A DNA stretch of 64,000 bases from a virus. This document shows positions 49,433-59,243 of this stretch, one piece after another; the stretch's first letter is position 1, and every line of letters begins with the position of its first letter. The notes under the pieces are model-generated. The model searched no databases, was not told where the DNA came from, and saw only the letters and a list, made by a program, of their open reading frames with translations. The stretch spans positions 1 to 64,000 of the IMG/VR virus record IMGVR_UViG_3300017698_000019; one strand, 5' to 3'. The position numbers and the translations under genes are program-made.

Positions 49433-51156
49433 TGTCTTTTATTCATGAAGGCTCAGTGGGTGGACTTCCAGCAGTATCCGGAGGTACTCCAGAGTCTATT
49501 CCCTATCGGACAGCAGTAGTTCCAAGGCAGGAAGCTACAACTGGTCTTGACGTGGCTGAAGGAATTGCTCCTATCGGTGAAATCTTGGCTGGGGATAAAG
49601 CTGGAGAATTCACTGAGAATTGGGGCAGTGGTTCAGGTGCGGTCTCCGGAGGTCAATGGGGTGACTTCTGGCTCCGTCTTTGGGTTATCCCACCAGTTCT
49701 TCAGCTGACAAATCCTCAGCTTAATTCTGATATTCCTTTCAGACTTTGGAACACCTATACTTCACCGCAAGCATTGACTAGTATCAATGTTTCAGGATCA
49801 TCTGTTCTTACATTTGATCTGGTTCCAACTGACATCATTAAGGATAGTCAGTTTTTGGAAACTAATCTGCAGATCGGCGCTGGTGAACCCACAGTGGATG
49901 CAACAGTCGTATTTGACTATCCCAACGTGGATGGTGTTCTTCGTGTGGTTGCCGCTATCTCTTCTACTTTCAATCTCATTCCTGATGTACCAGTCACAGA
50001 GCGTTGGAATTTCTTGACTGATATTATCACAGCCTACGATGGCTCAGAACAGAGAGCATCATTGCGTCGCTATCCTCGAATTGATCAAGAATTCAAAGTT
50101 GAGATCATCAATGAACGACAACGTCGTGAGCAGTATAATCTTCTGCAGAAGAACATCACTGTTCAGGCTTTGGTGCCGATGTATCAATATTCAACTCCGA
50201 CCACAGGTACGACATCAGTTGGCGGATCCAAAATCTTCTTCGATCCTGCTCGATCAAATGTTCGAGTAGGTCAATTCCTTGCAGTCGTGAATACAGCCAC
50301 AGAACAGTCCAGTCTTGGTGTAGTCAACACAATTGAAGCTGACGGTGCCATTCTCAATTCAGCCGTTGGCGAGGAGATCTCCGGCCCCACTTGGGTTGTC
50401 ATGCCTGCTTTGACATGTGTCATTGACAATAACTCTGGCATTCGTATGGACAATATCTCGGGTACTCTGGCTATCAGAGCATCATCTTTTCAAGAACCTG
50501 CATTGCTACGTCCAGGAGCAACTCGCACAATTGATACTCTTGGAACTATCCCGCTGCTTGATCGTAGGCCGAGAAGTGGCGCAGAAGAGAATTTTGAATT
50601 TGAGCGTGAAATCATTGACAACAGCACTGGTCAGAGAGATTTGAACAGTAGTCATCTCCACCCAAGGGTAAAGGGAAATAGAACCTTTGTCATTCAACGT
50701 GTAAGTGATCCTGATGAAATGGATTACTGGCGTTCTCTATTTGAAACTGTTCGTGGTGCCCACGGAACATTCCTCTTGTCAACATACTTTGAAGATCTCA
50801 CTCTGGAGTCCTCGCAGACTATTCCGGATGGTGCTTCTCAGTTTATTGTCAACGAAGGAGATTATGTAAATCTGTTCCACACCTTCAATACTTGGAAACA
50901 TATTGAGATCGCTTATGGAGATGCGAATAGTGGCTTCCAGCTGAGAACTCAGCATGAAGTTACAACTGCGACTGCTCTTGGTGACGGAACTGCCAACCTC
51001 GGTTTCACACCAGCTATTCCTTCTGGACCTGAATATCAAGACCAGATAGTCAGGATTTCTTTCTTGATGCGCTGTCGAGCCAGTGATGCTATTGCATGGC
51101 AGCACTTTGCGAACTATAGTGAGGTCAGCTTTGGCATCACCTCAACGGATGAATAA
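49432..51156 (+). CDS. tail tip protein
   Basis: 574 aa. TAATG coupling. Confidence 0.5.
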   Translation: MSFIHEGSVGGLPAVSGGTPESIPYRTAVVPRQEATTGLDVAEGIAPIGEILAGDKAGEFTENWGSGSGAVSGGQWGDFWLRLWVIPPVLQLTNPQLNSDIPFRLWNTYTSPQALTSINVSGSSVLTFDLVPTDIIKDSQFLETNLQIGAGEPTVDATVVFDYPNVDGVLRVVAAISSTFNLIPDVPVTERWNFLTDIITAYDGSEQRASLRRYPRIDQEFKVEIINERQRREQYNLLQKNITVQALVPMYQYSTPTTGTTSVGGSKIFFDPARSNVRVGQFLAVVNTATEQSSLGVVNTIEADGAILNSAVGEEISGPTWVVMPALTCVIDNNSGIRMDNISGTLAIRASSFQEPALLRPGATRTIDTLGTIPLLDRRPRSGAEENFEFEREIIDNSTGQRDLNSSHLHPRVKGNRTFVIQRVSDPDEMDYWRSLFETVRGAHGTFLLSTYFEDLTLESSQTIPDGASQFIVNEGDYVNLFHTFNTWKHIEIAYGDANSGFQLRTQHEVTTATALGDGTANLGFTPAIPSGPEYQDQIVRISFLMRCRASDAIAWQHFANYSEVSFGITSTDE

Positions 51157-51966
51157 ATGGCTTATATTGATAACGAGACTGGCGCAGACACCGCAAAGCC
51201 TGTTGAACTGTATCGGTTCACTGGAACCTTTAACACGTACAGATTGACCAGCTTTGCAGAACCTGTCACTTCTAATGGGCAACTGTTTGATCTGGCTCCG
51301 ATATCTCGGAATAAATTGAATGTGGGAACCCAAGAGAATGGCGGTGAACGCGCTCTCGAAATCACGTTGCCTTTTGACCATCCTCTGGTTCAAGAATACG
51401 CTTATGAAAGCGCACCACCAAACCTGACTATGGAACTCATCAGAGCGCACCAGCAGGACTATGACGACACTGTTCTGCTTTGGTCAGGCAGGGTGACAGG
51501 TGTATCTGTGACGGGTCGCACGGCCAAGCTGCGTGTTCCTGCGACGTTCAGTTTTGTTCTGGAAGGTAACACACCAACCCCACGCTTTCAGGGTCCATGC
51601 AACCATGTTCTCTACAGCACTCAATGCGGCGTAGATCCGGCTCTGCATCAGCATATCACAACTGTTGATAGCTTCAATGGTTTCAATCTCAATATTGCTG
51701 ATTTACCTTGGACTGATGGTGAAGGAGCCGCTGGCATCATGATTGCTCCAGGTGGTGAAGCGAGAATGATAATCAGCAATGTGGGAACAGCAATTCAAGT
51801 CAGCTATGCTTTTTCAAACTTGCAGAATGGAGACTCTGTTACTCTGCGGAAAGGCTGTGATCACGCACTTCAAGGACACTGCAAAAACAGATTTAACAAT
51901 GTGCCGAGGTTCGGTGGATTTCCACTGGTTCCGGATCGCAATCCATTCACGAGCACAATCACATGA
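51157..51966 (+). CDS. DUF2163 / BR0599-type tail tip protein (RcGTA g13-like)
   Basis: KPVELYRFTG...YRLTS at the N-terminus. C-terminal KGCDHALQGHCKNRFNNVPRFGGFPLVPDRNPF is the BR0599 signature. Confidence 0.65.
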   Translation: MAYIDNETGADTAKPVELYRFTGTFNTYRLTSFAEPVTSNGQLFDLAPISRNKLNVGTQENGGERALEITLPFDHPLVQEYAYESAPPNLTMELIRAHQQDYDDTVLLWSGRVTGVSVTGRTAKLRVPATFSFVLEGNTPTPRFQGPCNHVLYSTQCGVDPALHQHITTVDSFNGFNLNIADLPWTDGEGAAGIMIAPGGEARMIISNVGTAIQVSYAFSNLQNGDSVTLRKGCDHALQGHCKNRFNNVPRFGGFPLVPDRNPFTSTIT

Positions 51967-54521
51967 TTTGGTTTACCCTAGCACTATTCGTCGTCTCGTT
52001 CGTTCTCACAGCCTTGCTGGCTCCTGAGCCGAACATTGAGAACGCTCGACCAGATCAACTCAATCCTGAAACTTTTCCTCGAGCAACTGAGGATGCTCCA
52101 ATTCCATTGGTTCTTGGTAAAGTTCGCATGGAATCGCCGAACACAACTTGGTGGGGAAATTTCAGTTCAGTCGCTATCACTGAGCGTATCAAAGTCAGCC
52201 TCTTCAAAAAGAAGACTATAGTCGTTGGTCATAACTACTACTTGTCAATCGATCTCGCCCTAGCAATGGGTCCAGAAACGGTGATGACAGCTATCTACGT
52301 TGATGACAAAGAGTTCTGGACTGGTACGACAAACGCTACCTCCGTGACTGCGATATCTGCCAGCGACAGTTCTTTCTTTGGAGGCTATAAATCAGGTGGT
52401 GGCTTCTCTATCAATGGCACCTATTATCCTGGATCACTTGATCTTGCTCAACAGCCTGTTAACGCTGCTCTCGAGGGACACGTCGGAGTAGGGAATGTTC
52501 CTGCTTACTTGGGCACCGCTCACCTTTACGCGAACCTCTGGCTTGGTGAAAGCGCACAGCTTAGGAAGATCGCATTTGTTTTGGAAAGCTACACCAATGG
52601 ACTTGGTCTGACTGGTGCAGGTAAGATCGGCGAGGATATGAACCCAGCCGAAGCTATCTTCCAGATCATGACCGATACATGGCGCGGCATGGGTATCAGC
52701 ACATTGGAGATCGACGTACCAGCTTTGCAGGCTATGGGTGAGACACTCTACACAGAGGGTAATGGTTGCTCTGTGTTGGTCACCGCTGAGACAAATGGTA
52801 AAGGTTTGATTACTGAGATCTTGCGTCAAGTTGATGGGGTTGCTTATCAAGATCCTGCAACTGGTAAGATCAAATTCATTCTTATCCGCGATGACTATAA
52901 CGTGGATGATCTCCCATTGTTTGACGCTAACGATATCGTCAAAGTGAAAGAGTTCGCTCGTTCCGGTTGGGATGAGGTCATGGCTCAAGTGAAGATCAGC
53001 TTCCCTCAGCGAGACAAAGAAAGTAACGCAGTCGCTATTTCACAAGATTTGGCAACTGTCGCAACTATTGGTCGTCTCCGATCAACTACGCTTTCCATGC
53101 CTTTTGTTTATGATCCTGATCTGGCAAACGATATCGCTTCTCGTGAACGAGCGCAGCTTTCCATTCCTCTGTTCCGCATTACTCTTGAGATGAACCGTAA
53201 CGCCTCTGTCCTGCGTCCTGGATCAGTGTTCAAGATGGACTGGCCTGAATATGGTTTCACGAACCTTGTTCTACGTGTCCAAGAATTTGATCTCGGTGAA
53301 TTGCTTGATGGGCGCATTGTGGTCAAGTGTCTGCAAGATAGCTTTGCGCTGAACCAGACAGTATTCGCTGCACCGACTGGCTCCTCTTGGGTTGCACCTG
53401 TCACAAGACCCACTAACATCGTTCTGACAGAAGCACTAGAGGCACCATACGTTCTGTCTCGTGCGATTGAGTTCCCGCTCGTTGATGGTGAAGTCACTCC
53501 AATTGTATTTGCGAAGCAGCCTTCCAGTGTTTCAGAGTCTTACACCGTAGCAGGTTCAGACACACCTGGAGATGCTTCTCCATCTTATGAACCAGAAAAT
53601 GCTCTGTATCTTGGTGCAGGTCAGTTGGATACTGAATATCATAAGAGTGAAGGTGAACTTACTGGTCAAGATACTACCACTGGTCTTTCGGTTGAACAAG
53701 TTAACTGGAAAGGTTTCTCTGTATCACCTTCACTTCCAGATATCAGATCTGCTGATGCTGGTCTGCTGTATATGGATGGTGAGTGGCTCGGCTATACATC
53801 AGCTACTGACAACGGCAGCAATCAATGGACTATTGAGAATGTCTATCGTGGTCTGTTCGGAACAACACCCAAGACACACGCCATTGGCACCAAGGTCTGG
53901 GAATTTAACTTTGACATGATCACCAATGGTAATCTCATTATTGCTGAGGGTGGAACAGTCTACTTCACTCCTCTTGATAGAGTCGGCGCTATTGTTCAAA
54001 GTGTCGATGATATCATTGAGTTGAATGAAGTTCTGAATGACGACATCGCTAATCGTCCTCTACGTCCTCGCAATTTGCAGTACGATGGATCACGAACATT
54101 CACAGTCGACGCAGTTGATGCAACTCTCACTTGGGTTTCCAGTAACCGGGAAGAGAATGATGTAGCTATTGAATTGGATGCTTCACAAGTACCTGATCAA
54201 GCAGAGACTTATGATGTCTATGTAACTAAAAACGGAGTAGCTGTTCCAGGACTTACTGCTCTCGGTGTTACATCTCCGCATGTTCTTCCACTGGCTGCTA
54301 ATTATCCTGGACCAACCTCAGATGGTGAGATCAGAGTGTTTGCACGTCGCACCGTTGGAGACTTGCGTGTTTCCTCTGGTTACGCTATGCTGACATTCGA
54401 AATCATCGCTAACAAACTGCTCTTGTCAGGTGACATGCAGAGTGGAACAGATAGGGTCCTGCTGTCAGGGGATGCCCAAAGTGGAACAGACGTAATTGAA
54501 CTCTCAGGAGACGAAGCATAA
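51963..54521 (+). CDS. host-specificity protein J-like central tail fibre/tip protein
   Basis: 852 aa. N-terminal TM-like FTLALFVVSFVLTALLAPEP followed by PIPLVLGKVRM, typical of gpJ/GTA g15 homologues. Confidence 0.65.
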   Translation: MIWFTLALFVVSFVLTALLAPEPNIENARPDQLNPETFPRATEDAPIPLVLGKVRMESPNTTWWGNFSSVAITERIKVSLFKKKTIVVGHNYYLSIDLALAMGPETVMTAIYVDDKEFWTGTTNATSVTAISASDSSFFGGYKSGGGFSINGTYYPGSLDLAQQPVNAALEGHVGVGNVPAYLGTAHLYANLWLGESAQLRKIAFVLESYTNGLGLTGAGKIGEDMNPAEAIFQIMTDTWRGMGISTLEIDVPALQAMGETLYTEGNGCSVLVTAETNGKGLITEILRQVDGVAYQDPATGKIKFILIRDDYNVDDLPLFDANDIVKVKEFARSGWDEVMAQVKISFPQRDKESNAVAISQDLATVATIGRLRSTTLSMPFVYDPDLANDIASRERAQLSIPLFRITLEMNRNASVLRPGSVFKMDWPEYGFTNLVLRVQEFDLGELLDGRIVVKCLQDSFALNQTVFAAPTGSSWVAPVTRPTNIVLTEALEAPYVLSRAIEFPLVDGEVTPIVFAKQPSSVSESYTVAGSDTPGDASPSYEPENALYLGAGQLDTEYHKSEGELTGQDTTTGLSVEQVNWKGFSVSPSLPDIRSADAGLLYMDGEWLGYTSATDNGSNQWTIENVYRGLFGTTPKTHAIGTKVWEFNFDMITNGNLIIAEGGTVYFTPLDRVGAIVQSVDDIIELNEVLNDDIANRPLRPRNLQYDGSRTFTVDAVDATLTWVSSNREENDVAIELDASQVPDQAETYDVYVTKNGVAVPGLTALGVTSPHVLPLAANYPGPTSDGEIRVFARRTVGDLRVSSGYAMLTFEIIANKLLLSGDMQSGTDRVLLSGDAQSGTDVIELSGDEA

Positions 54522-54940
54522 TGGCTGATAAAGCACTCTCGGCGCTCACTGTCGCCGCCAAACCAGATGGAACAGAGATTGTTCATGGACTACAGGGTGC
54601 AAACTCTCGTGGTCTAACAACCCGACAAATAGCCGAGATTGGTTCCAGCATCATAGTAGATGCGACAACTGCTCGTGTTTTGGCCATTGGCGATGTTGGC
54701 AAGTGGATCCAATTCACAAATGCCGCTGCCATCACTTGTACTCTCAATACCGGTATCTTCTCAGCTGGTGATGAAATTACATTTGAACAGAATGGCTCTG
54801 GTGTTGTCACCTTTATGGCTGGTGGAGGTTTCACACTGAACTCAAGCGGTGCTCTCTTGAACAGCGGTGGTCAATTTTCAGTTCAGTCGGTGAAATTCAT
54901 TTCAGGAACTACTGCAACCCTTGTTGGTGAACGCGCATGA
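54521..54940 (+). CDS. small tail-fibre-associated protein
   Basis: 139 aa. MADKALSALT...GLTTRQIAE pattern, common downstream of gpJ-like genes. Confidence 0.5.
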   Translation: MADKALSALTVAAKPDGTEIVHGLQGANSRGLTTRQIAEIGSSIIVDATTARVLAIGDVGKWIQFTNAAAITCTLNTGIFSAGDEITFEQNGSGVVTFMAGGGFTLNSSGALLNSGGQFSVQSVKFISGTTATLVGERA

Positions 54941-55608
54941 TCTTGATGGGTATCATAGCTGGAGGCGGTGGATCAGGCGGTGGTCCTGTAGTCGGCGCTG
55001 ATCTTCCGCATAGATATTGGAGACTTCTGCTTATCTCCAATTCTGGAGATCCTTTCTATTCAGGCGCTCAGGAGATCAAGTTCTTTCGCTATACGAATGA
55101 TGGCGCGAACATGCTTCCTTACAATGGAGATATCGTTACTACAGTTCAAGTTGACGATACTTTCTATGACAAAGAGTACGCTTACAATAAAGATCCAGCA
55201 AACAGGTGGCGTGGATTTAACAATCCTCCAGCTAACTGGTTCCAAGTTGATTTTGCAGTTCCTGTGAAAGTTGGTAGCGTCGAAATCACTGCTCCATTAA
55301 CACCAGATCACGATGAAGCTTTCTCAGAGTTCTTTCTTCAATTCTCTGATGATGGTTCATCCTGGACATCAGCTTATGCTGAAACTGGAAACGGTAATCT
55401 CTCTTCTGGTGAAGTAAGGAGAACTGTTAATCCAGCGGGAGAAGATCTGACCGGAGTTGCTGTCAATAGTGTAAGAGCCTTTCTTCCCTCAGGTCGCATA
55501 GTCAATGGGGTTTCATCGCAAGCCCTCCTCACACAAGTTCTTCTCAATCGCGTTTCTGACGCAGTGGCAGTCTCACAGACAGCCGCTCATATCGTACTGG
55601 AGCCCTGA
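54937..55608 (+). CDS. discoidin (F5/8 type C)-like carbohydrate-binding protein
   Basis: 223 aa. HRYWRLLLISNSG...AQEIKFF...NWFQVDFAVPVKVGSVEITA...FFLQFSDDGSSWTSAY. Confidence 0.55.
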   Translation: MILMGIIAGGGGSGGGPVVGADLPHRYWRLLLISNSGDPFYSGAQEIKFFRYTNDGANMLPYNGDIVTTVQVDDTFYDKEYAYNKDPANRWRGFNNPPANWFQVDFAVPVKVGSVEITAPLTPDHDEAFSEFFLQFSDDGSSWTSAYAETGNGNLSSGEVRRTVNPAGEDLTGVAVNSVRAFLPSGRIVNGVSSQALLTQVLLNRVSDAVAVSQTAAHIVLEP

Positions 55609-55609
55609 T

Positions 55610-56578
55610 ATGGCCTTTCTTGGATTTTATACTCGTGCCTCTGATTTCGCTGGTGGGATCGACAATTTCACAGCGACGTTTCATGATACGGACTACACAG
55701 ATCGTGCAGTTCAATTTCCGAACAACCAAGCCGGTGCTATAAGCTGGGGATCTGCCCAAACAGATATCTGGATCCACTGGCGTCAATACTTCAATGGTAC
55801 TCACAACACAAACGCCGATGGTCATTGGTGGACATTGGTGGACGCCAATGGTATCGCTGTCGCAAGAGCAGACATCACCAATGGGACAACCGAATATGGT
55901 ATCTCAACCAATGGGTCTTCTTACACAGAAGCGAGTGCCACTGCTTCTCCTGGGATTGCTGTTCAAACTGATGTGGACGTTCACTGGCAGTCAGATAGCG
56001 GAGGTAACGATGTTCTGACTGTTTACCACGACGGTGTTCAAGTAGCGACTGTATCTGTCGCTCATGTCACTTCTGTCGGCGCTTTCACTCTGATATGGGA
56101 TGTTAACGATATCGGACAAGGTGCAGGTGATGATGTCTATATCAGTGAGATGATGGTAGCGAATGAAGACACCCGTGGTCTTCGCCTCGCCACACTCGTC
56201 CCTGATGCAGTTGGCGCTGAGACAGATTGGGCGGGTGCTTTCGGAGACGTCATTGATCGCGGTGACGGTAAGGCTGCAACCAGTGATACAGCTACTGAGC
56301 GTGTCTCCTTCAATGTCAGTGCTTATTCCGGTCCTGCTTCTCCAACCTCTATTCGTGGTGTGTTCGTTCAATGCTGGGCAACCGCAGGCGCTTCCGGACC
56401 AGCGAATGTAGAACCATTCGTTCGTATAGCTTCTGTCAACTATGACTCTGGATCAATTGTCGCTCCTGATTTCAGTGTCCCTGTTATCGGGGAATATGCG
56501 AACAACCCAAACACGGCTGTCGCATGGGTTGAAGCTGACTTCGCTTCCCTTGAGATCGGTGTGGAAGCTGTCGCATGA
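55610..56578 (+). CDS. tail fibre/receptor-binding candidate
   Basis: ATG 55610 just after the upstream stop. 322 aa. Last structural gene. Confidence 0.5.
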   Translation: MAFLGFYTRASDFAGGIDNFTATFHDTDYTDRAVQFPNNQAGAISWGSAQTDIWIHWRQYFNGTHNTNADGHWWTLVDANGIAVARADITNGTTEYGISTNGSSYTEASATASPGIAVQTDVDVHWQSDSGGNDVLTVYHDGVQVATVSVAHVTSVGAFTLIWDVNDIGQGAGDDVYISEMMVANEDTRGLRLATLVPDAVGAETDWAGAFGDVIDRGDGKAATSDTATERVSFNVSAYSGPASPTSIRGVFVQCWATAGASGPANVEPFVRIASVNYDSGSIVAPDFSVPVIGEYANNPNTAVAWVEADFASLEIGVEAVA

Positions 56579-56847
56579 CAAAGAAAGATGACATTCGTTT
56601 TCGCAATCGTCGGAGGATGGCGTGGATCTCTTTTGGGTTCATCATTCTCTTTGGTGGATACATGCTTCAAACTGGCATGAGTTCTGATGAAGGAGCGGCT
56701 CGTGTAGAGAAACTGAGTTTCTTGATTGGAACTATCTTTGGAGTATGCACTACCATTGTCGTCAGCTATTTCGGTTCATCAACCATGACACAAATGAATG
56801 ACACCAAGTTTGCGAAGCCAGAGGAGCCGCCAGATGCGCAGCAGTAG
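56575..56847 (+). CDS. holin-like two-TM protein
   Basis: 90 aa. TM1 MAWISFGFIILFGGYML, TM2 LSFLIGTIFGVCTTIVVSYF. Charged ends. Confidence 0.55.
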   Translation: MTKKDDIRFRNRRRMAWISFGFIILFGGYMLQTGMSSDEGAARVEKLSFLIGTIFGVCTTIVVSYFGSSTMTQMNDTKFAKPEEPPDAQQ

Positions 56848-56960
56848 CCGCCCCGCCCCTATGCCCCACCAACGGGCCATAAAGGCCGCAGGCGGACGCC
56901 CTGTGGCCGCGCTGGCTGCACTGCACCCCGCCAACCAACCACCAGCACGTCCGTAGAGGT
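56846..56960 (-). repeat. GC-rich repeat element copy (core CTCTACGGACGTGCTGG on minus strand), inside the lysis cassette
   Basis: 56942..56958 CCAGCACGTCCGTAGAG. CCCTATGCCCC at 56857. Fills the holin-spanin intergenic gap. Confidence 0.7.
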
Positions 56961-56964
56961 CGCT

Positions 56965-57339
56965 ATGTTATCATCACTTCTAATTTCATGGTTCGGAAAA
57001 CGCGCTGGGGTTGCATTGGCGAAGGTTTTGCCGTATTTCTTGGCCTTACTGGCTGTTGTCATTTTAGCATGGCTAATCTATGACAAAGGCTACGACCGTG
57101 GGGTTGAAGTCACAGATCAGAAATACCAAACCGCAATAGAAGAAGAGCGACATCGCCAGATTGAAGCTAACGATGCTGCTCTAACCGCCGCACTTGAAAG
57201 ACAAAGAGAACTGGAACGGCTTCTTGAAGAACGTGACGCAGAAATGGCAGAGATATTGCGTGAGGGTCTGGACGATCCTGACGCTGATCGGCGTGCTCTC
57301 AGTCCTGGGAGCGTGCAGCGAATCAATCGGATCCGTTGA
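56965..57339 (+). CDS. i-spanin (Rz-like)
   Basis: N-terminal TM LPYFLALLAVVILAWLIY, then coiled-coil EEERHRQIEANDAALTAALERQRELERLLEE. Confidence 0.7.
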   Translation: MLSSLLISWFGKRAGVALAKVLPYFLALLAVVILAWLIYDKGYDRGVEVTDQKYQTAIEEERHRQIEANDAALTAALERQRELERLLEERDAEMAEILREGLDDPDADRRALSPGSVQRINRIR

Positions 57340-57538
57340 ACCTCCGAAGCTGACGCCTCCGCCTCCTGGGTTGACAGATGCCTGTCCCCGACCAATAAGC
57401 CTGCCTGATCGTGAACTGACCCAAAGTGAGGTTGAGTTCTACTGGATCAATGATCGTGAACGTCTTATCCGTTGCGGCTTCCAGTTGCAACAACTCATAG
57501 AATTCTATGCAGATCGTGATAAGAGGTTAACCGAATGA
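57260..57538 (+). CDS. o-spanin (Rz1-like lipoprotein), overlapped +1 frame
   Basis: GTG 57260. VRVWTILTLIGVLSVLGAC with lipobox L-G-A-C. Pro-rich PPKLTPPPPG. Starts inside the i-spanin gene. Confidence 0.65.
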   Translation: MRVWTILTLIGVLSVLGACSESIGSVEPPKLTPPPPGLTDACPRPISLPDRELTQSEVEFYWINDRERLIRCGFQLQQLIEFYADRDKRLTE

Positions 57539-57738
57539 CTATCTCATTAGCAGAACTTCTGACCATTCTCGGACTGATAGTTTCGATTGTAGGTATCGGG
57601 ACCACTATCCTGTGGAACCTCTGGAAGAAGGTCATCGCCAATGGAGAATCCTTGTCTGCTTTCAAATTGAAAGTTTCCGAGGAATATGTGAAGAAACAGG
57701 ATATGAAACAAGCCTTTGAGGACTCCCATGGAGAATGA
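57535..57738 (+). CDS. single-TM lysis-cassette protein (holin/antiholin-like)
   Basis: 67 aa. LAELLTILGLIVSIVGIGTTILW. Confidence 0.5.
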   Translation: MTISLAELLTILGLIVSIVGIGTTILWNLWKKVIANGESLSAFKLKVSEEYVKKQDMKQAFEDSHGE

Positions 57739-58000
57739 GCAAAGATTAACAAGCATCGAGCACCAGCTAAGTTCTCACGACCAGAGGTTGCAATCTTTGG
57801 AAGGTATCGTGTCAGAAGCAAAGACTGATCGTGCCGTTCGTGCAGAAAGAGACAAACACTTGGACAGGCGCTTCGACAAAATCGAAAAGGACGTGGGTGA
57901 CGTGAAAGGATATCTGCTCCGGATCGTATGGCTTTTGGTCACAGGTATCATTGTTGCCTTCATCACATTTATGGTAAATGGGGGACTGGGTATTGGTTGA
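57728..58000 (+). CDS. XhlA-like protein (coiled-coil plus C-terminal TM)
   Basis: ATG 57728. MENEQRLTSIEHQLSSHDQRLQSLE...LLRIVWLLVTGIIVAFITFMV. Confidence 0.5.
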   Translation: MENEQRLTSIEHQLSSHDQRLQSLEGIVSEAKTDRAVRAERDKHLDRRFDKIEKDVGDVKGYLLRIVWLLVTGIIVAFITFMVNGGLGIG

Positions 58001-58418
58001 AAGTTATCTTAAATTCTGGCTAAGTGTTCCAGTCTTATTGTTCCTTGTTTTCTTCGGCAGTATTCCTTTCCTGTGGCCTCTTATGTCCCAGAACGAAGGA
58101 GTTCTGTTTCCTGTCGTTGAAAACATCGAGATCCTGGATGAACAGTCTACTCCCTCTGGGCTTGCAGTCACAGTTCGCTTTGACAAAGTTCGTCATTGTG
58201 AATTCATAGGGTTAGCGTGGTACGATCCATTTGGAACAAGAATTCATGTCGACTTCTTTCCCGATAGTGACGAACTTCCGATGAGTAGGCCGATCGGGGA
58301 AGATCAAACTACCAGACCTTGGCTACTCATTGGTCTGGAAACCCTTGAAGGTACAAAAGCGATCGCGGCTCATACTTGTCACCCGTTCTGGACTACCTTC
58401 ACAATTTTCTATATCTAG
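57978..58418 (+). CDS. membrane protein
   Basis: 146 aa. N-terminal TM FWLSVPVLLFLVFFGSIPFLW. Confidence 0.5.
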   Translation: MGDWVLVESYLKFWLSVPVLLFLVFFGSIPFLWPLMSQNEGVLFPVVENIEILDEQSTPSGLAVTVRFDKVRHCEFIGLAWYDPFGTRIHVDFFPDSDELPMSRPIGEDQTTRPWLLIGLETLEGTKAIAAHTCHPFWTTFTIFYI

Positions 58419-58429
58419 GAGGAAAATAT

Positions 58430-58936
58430 ATGGCATATCATCTGGGAACAAACTCGAAGAAGAACTTGCAAGGTGTTCACCCGCAACTGGTGGCGCTTGT
58501 TAAGGAGTGTATCAAGATCACTCCGGTTGACTTCACTATCCTCAATGATGGTGGTCTGCGTACTGCGTCTATGCAGATGAAACTCTACAAGCGCGGAGCA
58601 TCCAAGCTGGATGGTCGGAACCGCAAATCCAAACACCAGAAGCAAGCCAGCGGATATGGCGAAGCTGTGGATCTCGTTCCTTACGTTGGGTCTCCACGCT
58701 GGGAATGGCCACTGATCTATCCGATCGCAGGCTGCATGGCTTATCTGAGCCGTGAAATGGATCTGGAACTGCGCTGGGGTGGTGTATGGGATAAGGAACT
58801 TGATGAGTACGCTCCCAAGAGCCTGAATAGCCCAGAAAGCTACGCAGCGGCCATGAAAAAGGCTGTTCGCGACTACACCATTCGTCATCCTGGACCGGAT
58901 TTCATTGACGGGCCACACTACGAGATGCTGCGCTAA
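58430..58936 (+). CDS. endolysin, M15-family peptidase (VanY / L-alanyl-D-glutamate peptidase-like)
   Basis: AGGAGG RBS. SKKNLQGVHPQLV...FTILNDGGLRTASMQMKLYKRG...SKHQ...GEAVDLVPY gives the H...D...H zinc motif context. Confidence 0.75.
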   Translation: MAYHLGTNSKKNLQGVHPQLVALVKECIKITPVDFTILNDGGLRTASMQMKLYKRGASKLDGRNRKSKHQKQASGYGEAVDLVPYVGSPRWEWPLIYPIAGCMAYLSREMDLELRWGGVWDKELDEYAPKSLNSPESYAAAMKKAVRDYTIRHPGPDFIDGPHYEMLR

Positions 58937-58946
58937 CACTATTAGG

Positions 58947-59029
58947 GAAGTCAAGTGAAGTCAGGTGAAGTCATCTCGGTTTTCTTACCGTGTTGTTTTT
59001 AAAGCAAAGATTATCACCTGACTTCACTT
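58947..59029. repeat. three phased GTGAAGTCA repeats plus a 16-bp inverted partner
   Basis: GAAGTCA at 58947, 58957 and 58967 (10-nt period). AAGTGAAGTCAGGTGA (58953-68) pairs with TCACCTGACTTCACTT (59014-29). A further GAAGTCAGG lies at 59193. Confidence 0.75.
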
Positions 59030-59045
59030 GCACCCCTGACACCCC

Positions 59046-59120
59046 TAGTTTGCAGGTTGCTAGGGCTGGCGCGTTTAGCTGGCTGGTGTTTTTAGTAAAG
59101 TAAGTAGAGTAAGTAGAGTC
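59046..59120. repeat. segment homologous to 28241..28320 (TTGCAGG, GTTTAGCTGGCTGG, GTAGAGTAAG)
   Basis: The 14-mer at 59073-86 is identical to 28363-76. Followed by GTAAGTAGAG x2 and an AT-rich stretch. Confidence 0.7.
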
Positions 59121-59214
59121 AATGATAAATAAATATAATAAAACCAAAGGGTTGAGATGCCCTCACTTGGGGCCAAGGGACGTTTCACGAATGAAGTCAG
59201 GGGAGTCAGCGAGG

Positions 59215-59243
59215 TTGTCACCCTAGCCCACTTGGGTTAAGGT
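59215..59243 (+). promoter_or_regulatory. sigma70-like promoter (phage cassette type)
   Basis: TTGTCA-17 nt-TAAGGT. The spacer ends in CTTGGGT, as in other copies. Confidence 0.45.
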
